Source of the DNA: Carcharhinus longimanus
Taxonomy: Eukaryota
Assembly: GCA_030264375.1 (NCBI GenBank)
Contig: JASCQW010000122.1
Coordinates: forward strand, 27,164,859 to 27,228,858
Length of the DNA stretch: 64,000 nt
Direction: 5' to 3'
The first letter of the stretch is position 1, and each line of letters begins with the position of its first letter. Made by a program: the position numbers and the translations under genes. This document shows positions 26,040 through 39,127 of this stretch, in pieces. Under the pieces are notes generated by a model. That model saw nothing but the letters and a program-made list of their open reading frames with translations, did not search any database and was not told the origin of the DNA.

Positions 26040-26192
26040 ACAGAGAGACCGAGTTAACATTACAAGTCCATAAGACTCTAGTCATATAGACTCTCAATGT
26101 CAACTCTGTTTCTTTCCTCACAGATGCTACCAGACCTGCTGAGTTTTCTGTTCTTATTTCAGATTTCCAACAGCCGCACTATTTTGCTTTTA
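26040..26192. mobile_element. Short Penelope-like terminal remnant
   Basis: cagatgctaccagacctgctgagttt...ttcagatttccaacagccgca is the reverse-complement homolog of 63830-63930; similar pieces at 7035-7095 and 33645-33780. Confidence 0.5.
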
Positions 26193-26519
26193 CTTAAATC
26201 AGGGCAGAACTGCTTCTATGCAACTTCCTTCCAGCAATTCTGGAACATACAACCCTAGGAACATAAAATGATTCAGCAATACTGGTATATATTTAAAATT
26301 GAACCCTTATTTAATGTAAATGCTCTTGTAGTGCAAGAGATGCAACAAACCTATTATATACTTAAATGTTTGAGTCTTTCAAACATCAAGAGAAAGCCAG
26401 TGCTGTTGTTTGCTCCCTCTCTTCCCCTAACATTAACAGCTCCTTGGTGCCAATAGGAGAATGCATGCACAAATCTCTCATGTGATGTGACTGTAAGGGA
26501 CAAAGCCTGAAATGTAAGT

Positions 26520-26720
26520 CAGCCTCCTTCATAGGCAGTCCCTTGGGATGGAGGATGACTTGCTTACACTCCGGTTCAACGGATTCAGAGATGGCTGATA
26601 AGTCCAAGGCATGATGTGCACAAACTCAGCCATATGCCGGACAGGTGGTGCTTGAACGGTTGGGTAGATGGATTGTTTGGATATTTGTACATTTCCTCTG
26701 ATACCTCAGTTTTTAGTCAG
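26520..26720 (-). mobile_element. RTE-type LINE 3' fragment
   Basis: Minus strand encodes a degenerate C..C...GLISH C-terminal motif followed by an RTE-like tail. Confidence 0.5.
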
Positions 26721-27489
26721 CCTTATCACTTGTGTTTTGCACTCAGCATCTACTGGTCTCAGATCAATGCTATGGTATAGTGCGGTTTTGTATTGTGATG
26801 TTACTCAACAGATTGCCAAATAAAGTGATACAGATTTAAAGCTACCTTTCAAAAGAAAAACGTGGAGTGGCATTTTGGCTTCATCCAGCACTCCTATTCT
26901 TGGTGTACAAACACCAAAAACTGTGTCTCTGCGTACAAGAACCTATGTTTCCTGGACAATGTTTTTTTTTAAATCACAAATGCTCCAGACTTATTGACAA
27001 TGTCTGGCTCAGAGATAAGTTCAATGGAGTCAGAACTTGTTTGGTTCAGGGAAACAATTCTTGACAATTTAGGTATCTTAACCCAGATAAAGAAACAAGA
27101 AAAATAAAGAGCGATGGGGGGAGAGAAAAGAGGATTGAAGTTTCAAAACATTGAACAAGAAATGATTAAGTATATGCCAGATTAATATATATTAGCCAAA
27201 GTAAAATAGAAAAAATTAAAGAGAAAAATGAAGAAACCATGAAGGTTAAGTGGAAATCAGAGGAAGAAATGAATTAAATGCCTTTGAGTGAGAAAGTTAG
27301 ATTACATTCAATGACAGATATAAAATCTTAGTGACTACATGGATGAAAGCAAATTAGAGAGAAAAACAAGGATCAAGTATCAAGTGTAAACTGGAAGACT
27401 AATGTCCAAAATTAAAGTTACAAATCAAGAGTTCTTAAAATAATATGGAAGGAATGAAGGGAGTTTTCATTTGAGTTTCTCCACAGAGA

Positions 27490-29080
27490 GGGGGAGATGG
27501 AGATTGAAGCCCGCAGCATGGGCTCGCTTGAAGCAATTTAGTCGGTTATCCGTAATTTATAGAAAATGGTGGCATATCCCGTCTTTCCAACCAAGAGCAC
27601 ATCTCTAACATTATCTTGGTACCGGGATCTTCCTCGCTCACAAATTATACATGGCTTTTTAGGTATCCATTACACATCCTCCACAATAGCGTATATTTTA
27701 AAGAAGTTCTGCTAAATTGACGGGGACAGGTCGATTTAAATTGTCACTCTAACGAAACAAATACCGTGTAAACCTTGTCTGGATTCATACTTGTGGCTGT
27801 ATGTCTGAAATGAGTAATTGGATCAGAATTGATAGTATCGTCCATGGCGTGCAGCCCTGAATATTAATAGTTCTGCTTTACACCTGTTTGCTCAGGAAGT
27901 CACAGAGTTATTCACTTATCCTAATTCAAATTTAAAGGGGTAATTGTAAGGAAATAGGAATTACGTCTCTAAACTGGTTGATTTATGCGGTGTTTGCAAT
28001 TTATAGGACACAAAACAATTAATTTAGGTGTGAAAAGAACAGTGCACTAATCCAACAGGCCCTGGAGCTTTTAAAGACTTGAATCATATGTTGGGCTAAT
28101 TTAAAACTTGCATAAGAAATTACTCGGAATAAAACCATTCATTTTGAAAAGTGTATAATAGTGATTGTCCCTAGGATTTCTGCTAGTTCATTACACTGAA
28201 AGGTTAAGAAGACTTTATTTTTCAGATTCAGTATTTATTTCCCCCATTTCAGCTCAACATGGTGCATTTCAAAGCGTAAAAGGAGAAGATAAAAAGAATA
28301 AGAAGCTTTTCATTCCCTACCACTTAATTTCCTGATTGCCACGCGGATCTCGGTAATGAATGTAATTGCTACCTTTGATGAAAATACCATTATCTAGATC
28401 ACACATAACATGTGAAACGTTTTTTTAAAATACAGCCACTGCGATCTCTAATTATGCGTGGACTAAGTGGCACCTTAACAAAAGGGGGACAGTGTTCACA
28501 ATTACTGCGAATTCAAGCAAGCCAAATTTACACAAAAGAGAGATTAGATTTGCTACACGTTTCACAAAGCCCATTCCCCTGATTAATTTCCGCAAAAGTG
28601 AAGCGATTTTCTCTCTTTAAATAGAGCGTCCCCGGCTCAGAGCGATCTGGTTGTGAGATGTGACACTTCTAGATCGCCTTATTGTGAAAAAAAGATTGTG
28701 GACTGTTCTACTTTATGCTTCTGCATTACAGGCAGAAACATTTGTTTCGTCCAAGTCTCTGTTCTTCGACGACCTGCTTTCAGTTTATCAGTTTATCCTA
28801 TTAATGAGGATATTAGTTATGAAACAAATCCAAACCAAATCCTCATTTAAATGGAGCGTACTTTGTTTTGTAATTAAGAATTAGGGACTGTTTGCATCGT
28901 TGTTCTGTGAGCGACGACTCGGTTACAATGTAAACACAATCTGAATCCAGTTTGGCAGTATTTTATCCGGGAGGCTTTCTTTAGTCCTTGGCATCCGTTT
29001 TAGGTTTTATGCTAATGTGGGAGTCTAAATATACCATTACACTATAACTACCAAGCAAATGTGTGCGACTATTCTACCCC
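27490..29080. promoter_or_regulatory. CpG-retaining, repeat-free block with candidate enhancer core at ~28260-28620
   Basis: Roughly 40 CpGs counted by eye versus very few in flanking DNA of similar length; clustered TAAT, CACTTAA/TAAGTG, CCTTTGATG and AACAAAAG motifs. Confidence 0.55.
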
Positions 29081-29357
29081 AATTCAGGATTTTGTTTTAG
29101 TACAATACAGAAGTTGTGCTACATTTTCAGAGGCACCATCTTTCCAGGGAGACCCGAAATTGAAACCTAGTATTTAACTTGGTTTGATTTATTATTATCA
29201 CATGTATTGTGATCTAATGAATTGTATTGTTTCGTGCCTACTACACAGGTAAAACATACTGTTCACAGAGTACGTGGGGGAAAAGGATAGGGTGCAGAAT
29301 ATATGTTGAGGTTACAAGCAGGGTGAAGAGAAAGCTCAGCTTAATATATGATAGGAC

Positions 29358-29640
29358 CATGTGGCGATCCCTTGCTACAGGTTGGAGAGAGTATGGGTGT
29401 GTTTTTCTAACCAACAATTATCCCTGAATCTCCACGGGTGCAGTTGACGCCTTCTGCGCCCTTTGGGCACCGCAGGGGCTGGGGTGCATTATAGACCCTA
29501 ATAATCACATTTTAATTTGATGTTTGTTTCCTTTGTACTTTGTTTTTGTTCGGGTTGTTTCCCCTTCCTTTTGGGGAAGCTGCCCCTTTTACTTTGTCCT
29601 AATTTAATTTGAGATTGTTTATTTGGTTTGACCTTAAAAG
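29358..29640 (+). mobile_element. L1/Tx1-like LINE 3' end
   Basis: Reads ..AFCALWAPQGLGCIIDPNNHILI* followed by a T-rich 3' UTR. Confidence 0.45.
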
Positions 29641-29959
29641 AGGCCACATCAAAAACTAACTCCAGCTGAGAATCAGTTCAAGTTTTGATGTCCGGTTGTT
29701 GACTGGCTCCAATGTTAAACTTGCATGTCTTGTAATATGTCAAACTTTCACCAGAAGAGAGTGCTACCTTTTTGGAGCAATTGCTAACATTGGGATGGCG
29801 CAAACAGGAGAATTATTTTTCTCAGGAAGTTAAGAACTTGGTGCTAAATTTATGTAGGTTTGAACAAAGATCTCAGCACTTTGTCTGACATCTCAAGTTA
29901 TTATTCCACAAAATAGTGTGCCACCACATGATCTTCTGACCACATGTTGGTACCATCAC

Positions 29960-30500
29960 TAAGATTGCCTTTGTAATGTTGCTCAACTCTTCCTGCCTCA
30001 GCTCATTTGTTGCAGAAACCCTCACCTGTACCCAATTTATTTCATCACTCACGGCTGGCTAGCCATCACGTATCTGCCCTCTAATACTCTAGGTCACATA
30101 AAGCTCTGCAGCTGATGTCCTATTTTACACTGAGTCCCACTCACCTGACACATTAGTGTTGATTGATCTATGTTGCTGGCTGGTTAAGCAATGTCTCAAT
30201 TTTAAAAAATCTCCTTGTTTCGCATTCCTCCATGGTCTCATCACTCCCACCCTCTACAATCTCTTCAAGCCCCACAATCCTCTCGCGTATTTGTTTCTCC
30301 AATTCTATCCTCATGTGCATCACTGATTTTAATCACCTCAGAATTCATAGCTATGCCTTCAGTTACCATGGTTCTAAGTTCTAGAATTTCCTCCCTAAAC
30401 CTCTCATTAAGGATGCTCTTTAAAATATATCTTTTTGACAAAGCTTTAAGTCCTCTGCTTAGTATCTTATGTGGCCCAAGTCCAAATTTTATTTGATAAT
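29960..30500 (+). mobile_element. Old L2-like LINE 3' fragment
   Basis: Homologous to 1329-1660 and to the reverse complement of 36140-36446 (tttaaaa..ctc..tgttt..., gctctttaaaa...ctttttgacaaagcttt). Confidence 0.55.
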
Positions 30501-30597
30501 CTTGTAAAAGACTTCGTGAATCTGTTATTGCCTGGCTTTCGTGTCCTGTACAGTTGGCTTGGGAATATATTCTTGAGTCATTTTGCCCCTTTCATAA

Positions 30598-30850
30598 TCA
30601 TAGAGTCATAATGGTTTACAGATGGAAACAAGCCCTTCGGCCCAACTTGTCCATGCCACCCTTTTTTAAAAACCCTTAAGCTAATCCCAATTACCCGCAT
30701 TTGGCCCATATTCTTCTATACCCATCATACCCATGTAACTACTTAAATGCTTTTTAAAAGACAAAATTGTACCCACCTCTACTACTACCTCTGGCAGCTT
30801 GTTCCAGACACTCAACACCCTCTGCGTGAAAAAATTGCCCCTCTAGATCC
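30598..30850 (-). mobile_element. CR1 3' end
   Basis: tcatagagtcata tail repeat, gcccttcggccca, and accctctgcgtgaaaaa (FFTQRV on the minus strand). Confidence 0.75.
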
Positions 30851-31344
30851 TTTATGTCCCTCATTATTTTATAGACAATGGTGGAGCAGAAGGTTTAAAA
30901 GTCTCATTTGAAAATCTTGGAGTGGATTTTGAAATGCAAATCAGCTAAGAGAAAGCAAAAGGATGAGAGAACATTTTAAAGTGTGCTTTTGGAAGTGGAG
31001 TCTGGAAACTCTCATGTGACAATCATCTGGTGGGATTCTGAGGAAAAATCCACTGACACTAACTTGAGTTCAGAGCAGAGTATGTATTTGACCACAGCTA
31101 ATCTGTGTGCTTAAAAGGGACTTGTGCTACGGAGACCATTGTAGCTACAAATGTACTTTGTAATTCATGTCAATCTCAAAACTTGCATGTATTTAAGCTA
31201 AGCAGGGAAGTAAAGGAGTATTATTATAATCCATTTTTGATGAATATATCCATTTTTCATTCTTACTCTTTTTCGTGTTTTAAAATTAATTAGTAATCCT
31301 GTGACTCTCTCCCTCCATGTTTCATATAAAAAAAAGTAAAAGTT

Positions 31345-31740
31345 ATGGTCTTTTGAGTTGGGTTTTCATTCTGGGATCTTCCTGTCCAGTTATAACACCA
31401 ATTGGAGTCTGAACACTACTCTCAGGAGAGTAATGAATCTGTGAATGTGGAGACCAATACTGTATACAGTGTTCTAGGTGTGGTCTCACCAGTGCATTGT
31501 ACAGTTGTAACAAGATTGTCCTCCACATATATATTCCATTCCCCCTACAATAAAGGCTAACACTCCATTTGCCTTTCTAATTACTTGTTTTACCCGCTAA
31601 CTTTTTGTGATTCGTGCACAGTCATAGCCAGGTCTCTCCATATCGCAGCATTCTGCAACCTCTCTCCATTTAAATTATTTTCTGATTTTCATTTTCTCCT
31701 ACTCAGGTCAATGCCCTTACATCCCCTTTGTCCTTTTGTC
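31345..31740 (-). mobile_element. CR1 ORF2 fragment
   Basis: LQLYNALVRPHLEHCIQYWSP. Confidence 0.8.
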
Positions 31741-31744
31741 CATG

Positions 31745-32346
31745 ATTTAACTTGATTTAATTTATTATTGTCACATTTATTAACATACAGTGAAAAGTAT
31801 TGTTTCTTGCATGCTATACAGACAAAGCATACGATTCATAGAGAAGAAAACAAGAAAATGTAAAATGTAGTGTTACAGTCATCACTAGGATATAGAGAAA
31901 GATCAGCTTAATGTAAAGCAGATCCATTCAAAAGTCTGAAAGCAGCAGTGAAGAAGCTGTTCTTGAGTCGGTTCGTACATGACCTGACTTCTGTGTCTTT
32001 TTCCTGACGGAAGTGGAAGAGAGAATGTCTGGGGTGTGTGGGGGCCTTGATTACGCTGGCTGCTTTGCTGAGGCAGTGGGAAGTGTAAACAGAGTCAATG
32101 GATGGGAGGCTGGCTTGCCTGATAGACTGGGCTATGTTCACAACCCTTTGTAGTCCTTGTGTCTTGAGCAGAGCAGGCACCATACCAAGCTGTGGTACAA
32201 CCAGAAAAATTGTTTTCTATAGTGCATCTGTAAATGTTGGTGAGAGTTGTAATTGACATGCCAAATTTCCTTAGTCTTTTGAGAAACTGGAGTTGTTGGT
32301 GGACTTTCTTAACTGTAGTGTCAGCATGGGGGGACCAGGACAGATT
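31745..32346 (-). mobile_element. Rex1/Babar-like LINE 3' end
   Basis: LQRVVNIAQSI...LPSIDSVYTSHCLSKAASVIK.PTHP.HSLF...TNRLKNSFF.AAFRLLN; its tail is also present at 29178-29357. Confidence 0.75.
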
Positions 32347-32446
32347 NNNNNNNNNNNNNNNNNNNNNNNNNNNNNNNNNNNNNNNNNNNNNNNNNNNNNN
32401 NNNNNNNNNNNNNNNNNNNNNNNNNNNNNNNNNNNNNNNNNNNNNN

Positions 32447-33020
32447 TCCCTGTAACATTCTAGTAAATCTTCTCTGCACTCTTTCTAGTTTAATAATATC
32501 CTTTCTATAATAGGGTGACCAGAATTGCGCATACTATTCCAAGTGTGGTCTTATAACTTCAACAAAACATTCCAACTCCTGTATTCAATGTACTAACCAA
32601 TGAAACCAAGCATGCCAAATGCCTTCTTGACCACTCTGTCCACCTGTGACTCCACTTTTAAGGAGCTATGAACATGTAGCCCTAGATCTCTTTGTTCTGT
32701 AACCCTTCCCAATGCCCTACCGTTAACTGACTAAGTACTGCCCTGGTTCAATCTACCAAAATGCATCACCTTGCATTTGTCTACATTAAACTCCATGTGC
32801 CATTCATCAGCCCACTGGCCCAATTGATCAAGATCCCGTTGCAATTAGAGATAACTTTCTTCACTGTCTACTATGCCACCAATCTTAGTGTCATCTGCAA
32901 ACTTACTAACCATGCCTCCTAATATTCTCATCCAAATCACGAATATAAATGACAAATAACAATGGATTCAGCACTGATCCCTGAGGCACACTGCTGGTCA
33001 TAAGTCTCCAGTTTGAAAAA
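32447..33020 (-). mobile_element. CR1 reverse transcriptase fragment
   Basis: gtgtcatctgcaaactt (KFADDT) and cactgatccctgaggcac (VPQGSV) on the minus strand. Confidence 0.85.
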
Positions 33021-35574
33021 GTCATCTTTACTTGAAACTATTTTGCGTAAATGTGAGGTAATAAAACTGCAGTTTTAATGCACTAGAAGAATGTGCATGA
33101 TGACTATCTTTTTCACCCCGATTTTTCATGTTGATGTGTTTTTTTCTGATGCTGTGTCATATATACTGTTGACAATCTGTGCACAATGCTATGATGTATA
33201 TTGTCAAAGAGAGATTTGTCTTTTCTGGGCATCCTTCTCAAAACAGCATGAAAAAAAAGATTTCACACAATGAGTGAACCACTCAGACTGCATTCAATCT
33301 CTGACCTGTGTTGGATGATTCAACTTAACTTTGATGGTGGTAGCAGAATTACAACAAATCCAAAGGCCTCACTCCTAATAGCATTCAGTGACTCGTGTGG
33401 ATATTTGGCGAGGAACGCACTGGTCTTGGATGCGATGTGTCCTGTCATAGAATGACTCACTGTTCACATATGACAAACAGACTAGAATTAAAGCCCAACA
33501 AGGAGTCAGTGGGTGGAACATACAACTTTGTCAAGAGCGTAAACAGGCATGATTTGCATGTCCACTCCACCTGGTTGCTTGCACATAGCCACTGGAAAGG
33601 AAAATCAGGTAAAGGGGGCTCATAGGTCAGTGGTCTATAAACATATAAACAGAAAGTGCTGAATAAACTCTGCACATGGACTCAAAACATTAACTGTGTT
33701 TTTCTCTCTCCACACATGCTGAGTTTATCTAGCATTTTCTGTTTATATTTCAGATTTGCAACATCTGCTGTATTTTATTTTTATTGATATGATATGAGTT
33801 TTGCACCCCTGCCAATGTTGGAAAGTCCATCTTCAGGAAAAGGATAAATGAAAGGGGAGAAAATGTTGACAAGTAAAGTTTGCCATGTACTATTTCCATT
33901 TATTGCTGTTCTTTTAGATTGCCCTAAGATCCAGCTATAATGATGATTGTAGCAGCCAAGCATTCCAGCCATTACTTTTGATTATATTGCCTGAATGCTT
34001 TAGTTCTTGCTTCAACAGGGCTTAGTAGTTTGGCGTTCTAAATCTTGATATTATCCTCCGTCCCTTTCAGGATAACATCAGGACCGTAAGCCAAAATGTG
34101 GCCTGTAGCCAAGCAATTCACAAAAGGACCTGGCTGTCCAATAAAAAAGGTGAGACATACAGCACCTTAATGCTTTGACAGAGGAACACAATGAGATAAA
34201 TGACAGTGTAAACTCTGAGGCAGCAAAAGAAAATTGGAAATACAGAAGTGGTGCCAGCTAAAGACTGGCAAAAAGGTTTATTTTCTAAAGGGCTGTAACT
34301 TCATATCTTATTATTTTCTTTAGTAAATCCCACTGACTTAAAAAATATTTTTACAAACAGTTTGCATAATTTTTAATATTTACTTTTAACCCTCTCTAAA
34401 ATGATACTCTCGTCTCTGCCTCAGTAGCCACTTGTAGTGAAATATCTCCTGATTGAATAGCCTTCAGTTCAAAAACATATTTTTCCATTCCTTCTTGATT
34501 CTTTCAGAGGGAATCCTTGCTTCCCATTCACCCACAAATGGAAATTATCTTGTATTATTCACCCAATATGAAATCCTTATCTTTCACTTATCCCTTTATT
34601 GGTTGCTTCTCTCAGCGCCGTTCCTACTCATCACGTTACTGCTACTTCTTTCAGCTCTACAGGGAACGTTGGGCCCCCATGTCTATTTCATTCTTCGGAT
34701 CTCTCTTGTCCTCTTTCCCCCAACACTGCATCTGAACAAAGATCCCCAGACTTCTTTTCTCCAGTGTCCATCTCTTACCCGACCATTTTTCAGTCACCCT
34801 CTCTCAAGCAAGTTCTCCTCCCCAATCACCATTCCCAAGTCCCCCTCTCTCTAAGAAACCCAGTCTCCCTCTGCCCCTATACCCAGTTTATCATCATTTT
34901 TTGTCCCCAAACCCAATTCTCATCTTTTCGTCACCCTCAGTCCCAGTCACCGATTCTATTTTCTCCTCTGAGCTTTAAACCCTCTCTCTAGATCCTATTA
35001 ATTCTAGCCCCACACGTCTATCAGTTCTGCCTCTCTAACCAACCCTCCTCCTATCTTGTTGCCAATTCCTATTAACTGGCTGATCTCATTTCTTGCCATC
35101 CCTCTCCCTAACTCTCCACAGTGGGGAGTTCTCATCACCAATTTGATAGCCCCCAGTATGGCAGCAACCAATGGCATCATGGAATGGGGATGAGGGAAGA
35201 AGGGATAAGGAGAATTATAAGTTCATGTCAATTCACAGATTTGGAATTGATTTCCACTGCAAGAATTTTAACAACACACCTTGTAGACAAGTGGGGAACT
35301 ATTGGGAGCAATTTCTGGATTTTTACATCCAACTATGTATGGGCAGATACCAGATGCTACTGTTCATTTGCGTAATTAGAGCAAGCACCAACAGTTTTAC
35401 TGCCATTGCAACTGCACAGTTTGAAATAATGAAGCACATGTTTCAGTGTACAGCTCATTGACCTTACCCCAATCTAACATTAGAATACAAGCCCTCAAAT
35501 TTAACACAATAAATAACTATAAAGCTTTGAACAGATTTTTTGATTCAATGATTACTGCTTAGTGAAAGCCTTAG

Positions 35575-36095
35575 GGGATGATCTTACCAAAAAAATTTTA
35601 AGTGCCTAACAAATGTGAAAGTGGGAGACAATCGCACCCATTTGTTTGGGCAAGGTCTTAGATGCAATTGTATGGCATTTAGGAAAAAAAGAATGTGTGT
35701 GTGATTCTCACCAGCAAGGGAAGGGGGTGGAGCCTATCCATGCTGGGAAGCTGGCTGTTGAGCTCTACAGGCATCATTGCGCAGGCAACCCAATCACTGG
35801 GAGGTCTGTCACTCCCACGCCCCTCCCCAAGTCACAGCCCCAGTCAATCCCCACACCCAATTGCCACCCCAGCTGATCGCTGGCCCCTTTTGTACAGCTA
35901 CTCTGGCCAATCACTGCCCCCAACCCTCTGATCACAACTCCAGCTGAATCCCAAACCAACCTCTCCTCCCCCTGATGCGGAGTACCCAATTCTCTCTCAC
36001 TCCAAGGTACTCCCCTCATCTCCCCATCATGGCCCTGCCACTTCAGGCCCCACCCCCTTGGCAGTCAGGGTGCCAATGATCGCCAATTCCAGCCC
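35575..36095. mobile_element. Harbinger-like non-autonomous element
   Basis: GGG...CCC termini; start resembles 53493 (gggcatgatct). Confidence 0.45.
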
Positions 36096-36446
36096 TTGCT
36101 TTTACATAGGGCATTTTATTACATTAAAGGCATTATAATAAAAACTTGACATTGGGATTCATAAAGCAATATTAGAACAGGTGGCCAAAGGCTTGTTTAA
36201 AGAATTGTTTTAAGCAGTGTCTTAAAGGAAGAAAGAAAAGTGAAGAGGCAGAGAGGTATAAGGAGGGAATTCCAGAGCAGAGGGCAAAGATGCTATCACT
36301 GATGGTGAAACAATGAAAATCGGGGTGCACAAGAGGCCAGAATCAGAGGAGCACCTTAGAAGGGTATAAGGCTGGAGGGGACAAATAGGGAGATAGGGAG
36401 GGGCAAAGTGATGGAGGGATTTGAAAACAATGATGAGAATTTTAAA

Positions 36447-36720
36447 ATCATAGAATCAACAGTGTAGAATCCCATCCAGGCCCTATTCCTGTAACCCCTT
36501 ATATTTACCCTGGTAATCCCCCTGACACTATGGTTAATTTAGCATAGCCAATCCACCTAACCCACACATCTTTGGAGTGTGGGACGAAATTGGAGCACCT
36601 GGAGGAAACCCATACAGACACAGGGAGAATGTGGAAATCCACACAGACAGTGACCTGAGCCGGGAATTGAACCCAGGTTCCTGATGCTGTGAGGTAACAG
36701 TGCTAACCACTGTGCCATTC
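36447..36720 (-). mobile_element. HE1/V-SINE-like SINE inserted into an L2 remnant (36140-36900)
   Basis: Complete head-to-tail SINE; L2-like sequence resumes on both sides. Confidence 0.85.
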
Positions 36721-38825
36721 CATGGGGAGGCATTGCAGATCCAGGAGCCAATGTAGGTTAATGAACACGCACATGATAGATGAAATGGACTTGGTGTGAG
36801 TTAGGGCATGGACAAAAGAATTTTGAATGACAGGAAGAATGTGGGATGCTGACCAGGAGTGCATCAGAAAAATCAAGCACAGAAGTAACAAAAGCATACT
36901 AATGNNNNNNNNNNNNNNNNNNNTATCTCAAGTATTCTTAGATGCCAAAATGAATTATGAAATTGACATTCTTTGTGGAATACATAACTTGACAATGACA
37001 ATGGATTAATGATCTGGTACTTTTAACTTTTAGAACATTTTTTACCTCTCTACTGTGAGTTAAAACTAAATAGATTCATATTATTTCCTAATATTAAACC
37101 AACTCTTGGTGAATAAGCATTTGGTCTGGGGAACAGAATGAATTTTGAAAGTAAATAGGATGTTTCTAACTAAACTAATATAAACATTTTTAACCCAGTT
37201 TACACAGGTGATTGAATTCAATTTAGACCTATTGATCAGAACTGAATTCAATCTCCCTTAGTGTTTAAGTGGCACCTTCTCCCTCAAGCAATACTGCTCC
37301 TGATGACTGTGTATCGATAGTTCTGTGTTGTACATTACTGAAGATACAATCTCCAATGAAAGATAGATTGCAAAAACCAAAATAAACAAAATGATTCTAT
37401 AGGAGGACAACTATCAATTGCCATTTAAATTTGACAATTACACACAAACACAATTCAAACTGTTTTGAGTTGCATGGGGTAATGGAAGGACGTCTTATTT
37501 CTTTACAGTTCCAGCCAACTAAATTAAACTTGATTGCTTGTACATTGTTGGTTCTTAAACCGCTGTAGAGTTAGTATAAAACCAGACTGGGCTGAAGGGA
37601 TAACTCGATAACTGGGAATTCAGATTAGAAGGTCATTCACCTTATTTGCTATTTGTGGGATCCCACTGTGTACAAACTGGCATCCTCATGTATTCACAGA
37701 AGAGCAGCATTTGCAAAGCAATGTGTTGGATATAAAATATTTTGGAGCATCCTGAAAATGAGATTTTTAATAATTTTTCTGTGCTGCTCAATCAACATAA
37801 TCATTGAAAACTATGGCTTTTAGTCAGATGATGATATTTTAATTTCAATTATAATGTCAACAGTCCTAGACTAATTTCAGCAGAGGTTTTACTAATATAT
37901 TTGATCAGGCTCGTCCAATTAGCTTTGAAAATTTAATTTATGCATCTCATCCTCTTCCCATTACTGATCCAAGCTAGGTTTTGTCACTGGAATCATTCCA
38001 CTAGAATCAATGATAGTGATTTATTTTTAGAGTTCAAATTTATCATAAAGTCATGTCCTTTGAGTGATTAAACCACTTTCAGTCATATACCATTTCATAC
38101 CTACATTTAAATTTTGAGTAATAGAAAATCCATGAAATAAAGGACACCTATTTATTTAATTTTTAAAACTCTAGTTCAATAATAACATCTTTCAATATTG
38201 TCACCTATATGGTTCTTGTGGGGAGTGGGGGAGTGCTTAAGCAAAACAATTTTGCTCAAATTTATATTTAGTTTTAGCTAGTGTATATACTTAATTTGCT
38301 TTTATGTGTCACCAGATCGTGACAAGTAATTAGTGTTTGTTGTGAAATATTAACTTCATTTCCAAGCAAAAATTCAAACAATATATAAATATATCATCAA
38401 TCTCTAACAACAATTGTGTAGTATGGAAACTAATTCATTGGTTTGACCCAAACTGTGAAAAATTGTGTGGTTTTGCTAATAATTCTCATTTTATAATAAA
38501 ATTGCTAACATTCACAGAGCATGATGTACAGATCTGACAATATACAGTTCTGCTATCTCACCTCTGTGTCACCCCAATAAAGTATGGTTCAGCAATCACT
38601 TCCTTATGTTAAAGATGGCATCCTTAACATGTTGAGTATATACTATAATCTATGCAGTTTGCCACTGAGAATTAAATGCAAATTTAACAAATAGTAGTTT
38701 CAAAACATGATGAAAGGGACTGCCAATTTCTAATCTTATTTGTGTTACAATTGGATCAACATTAAGTTCATCTATATTAACCTTACCCCTTAGGCTTTTA
38801 GCTAAATAGTGCTACTGAGTAATTT

Positions 38826-39127
38826 AAAGTTTATTTATTATTGTCAGAAGTAGGCTTACATCAACACTACAATGAAGTTACTGTGAAAATCCCTTAGTCA
38901 TCGCACTCTGCTGCCTGTTTGGGTACACTGAGGGAGAATTTAGCATGGCCAATGCACCTAACCAATCCATCTTTCAGACTGTGGGAGAAAATTGGAGCAC
39001 CCAATAGAAACCCACGCAGCCATGGGGAGAATGTGCAAGTTTCATACGGATAGTGACCCAAGATGGGAATCGAACCCGGGGTCCCTGGCATTGTGAGGCA
39101 GCAGTATTAACCACTGTGTAACGTGTC
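38826..39127 (-). mobile_element. HE1/V-SINE-like SINE with an alternative tail
   Basis: ggaatcgaacccggg (B box, minus strand) and shared core. Confidence 0.85.
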
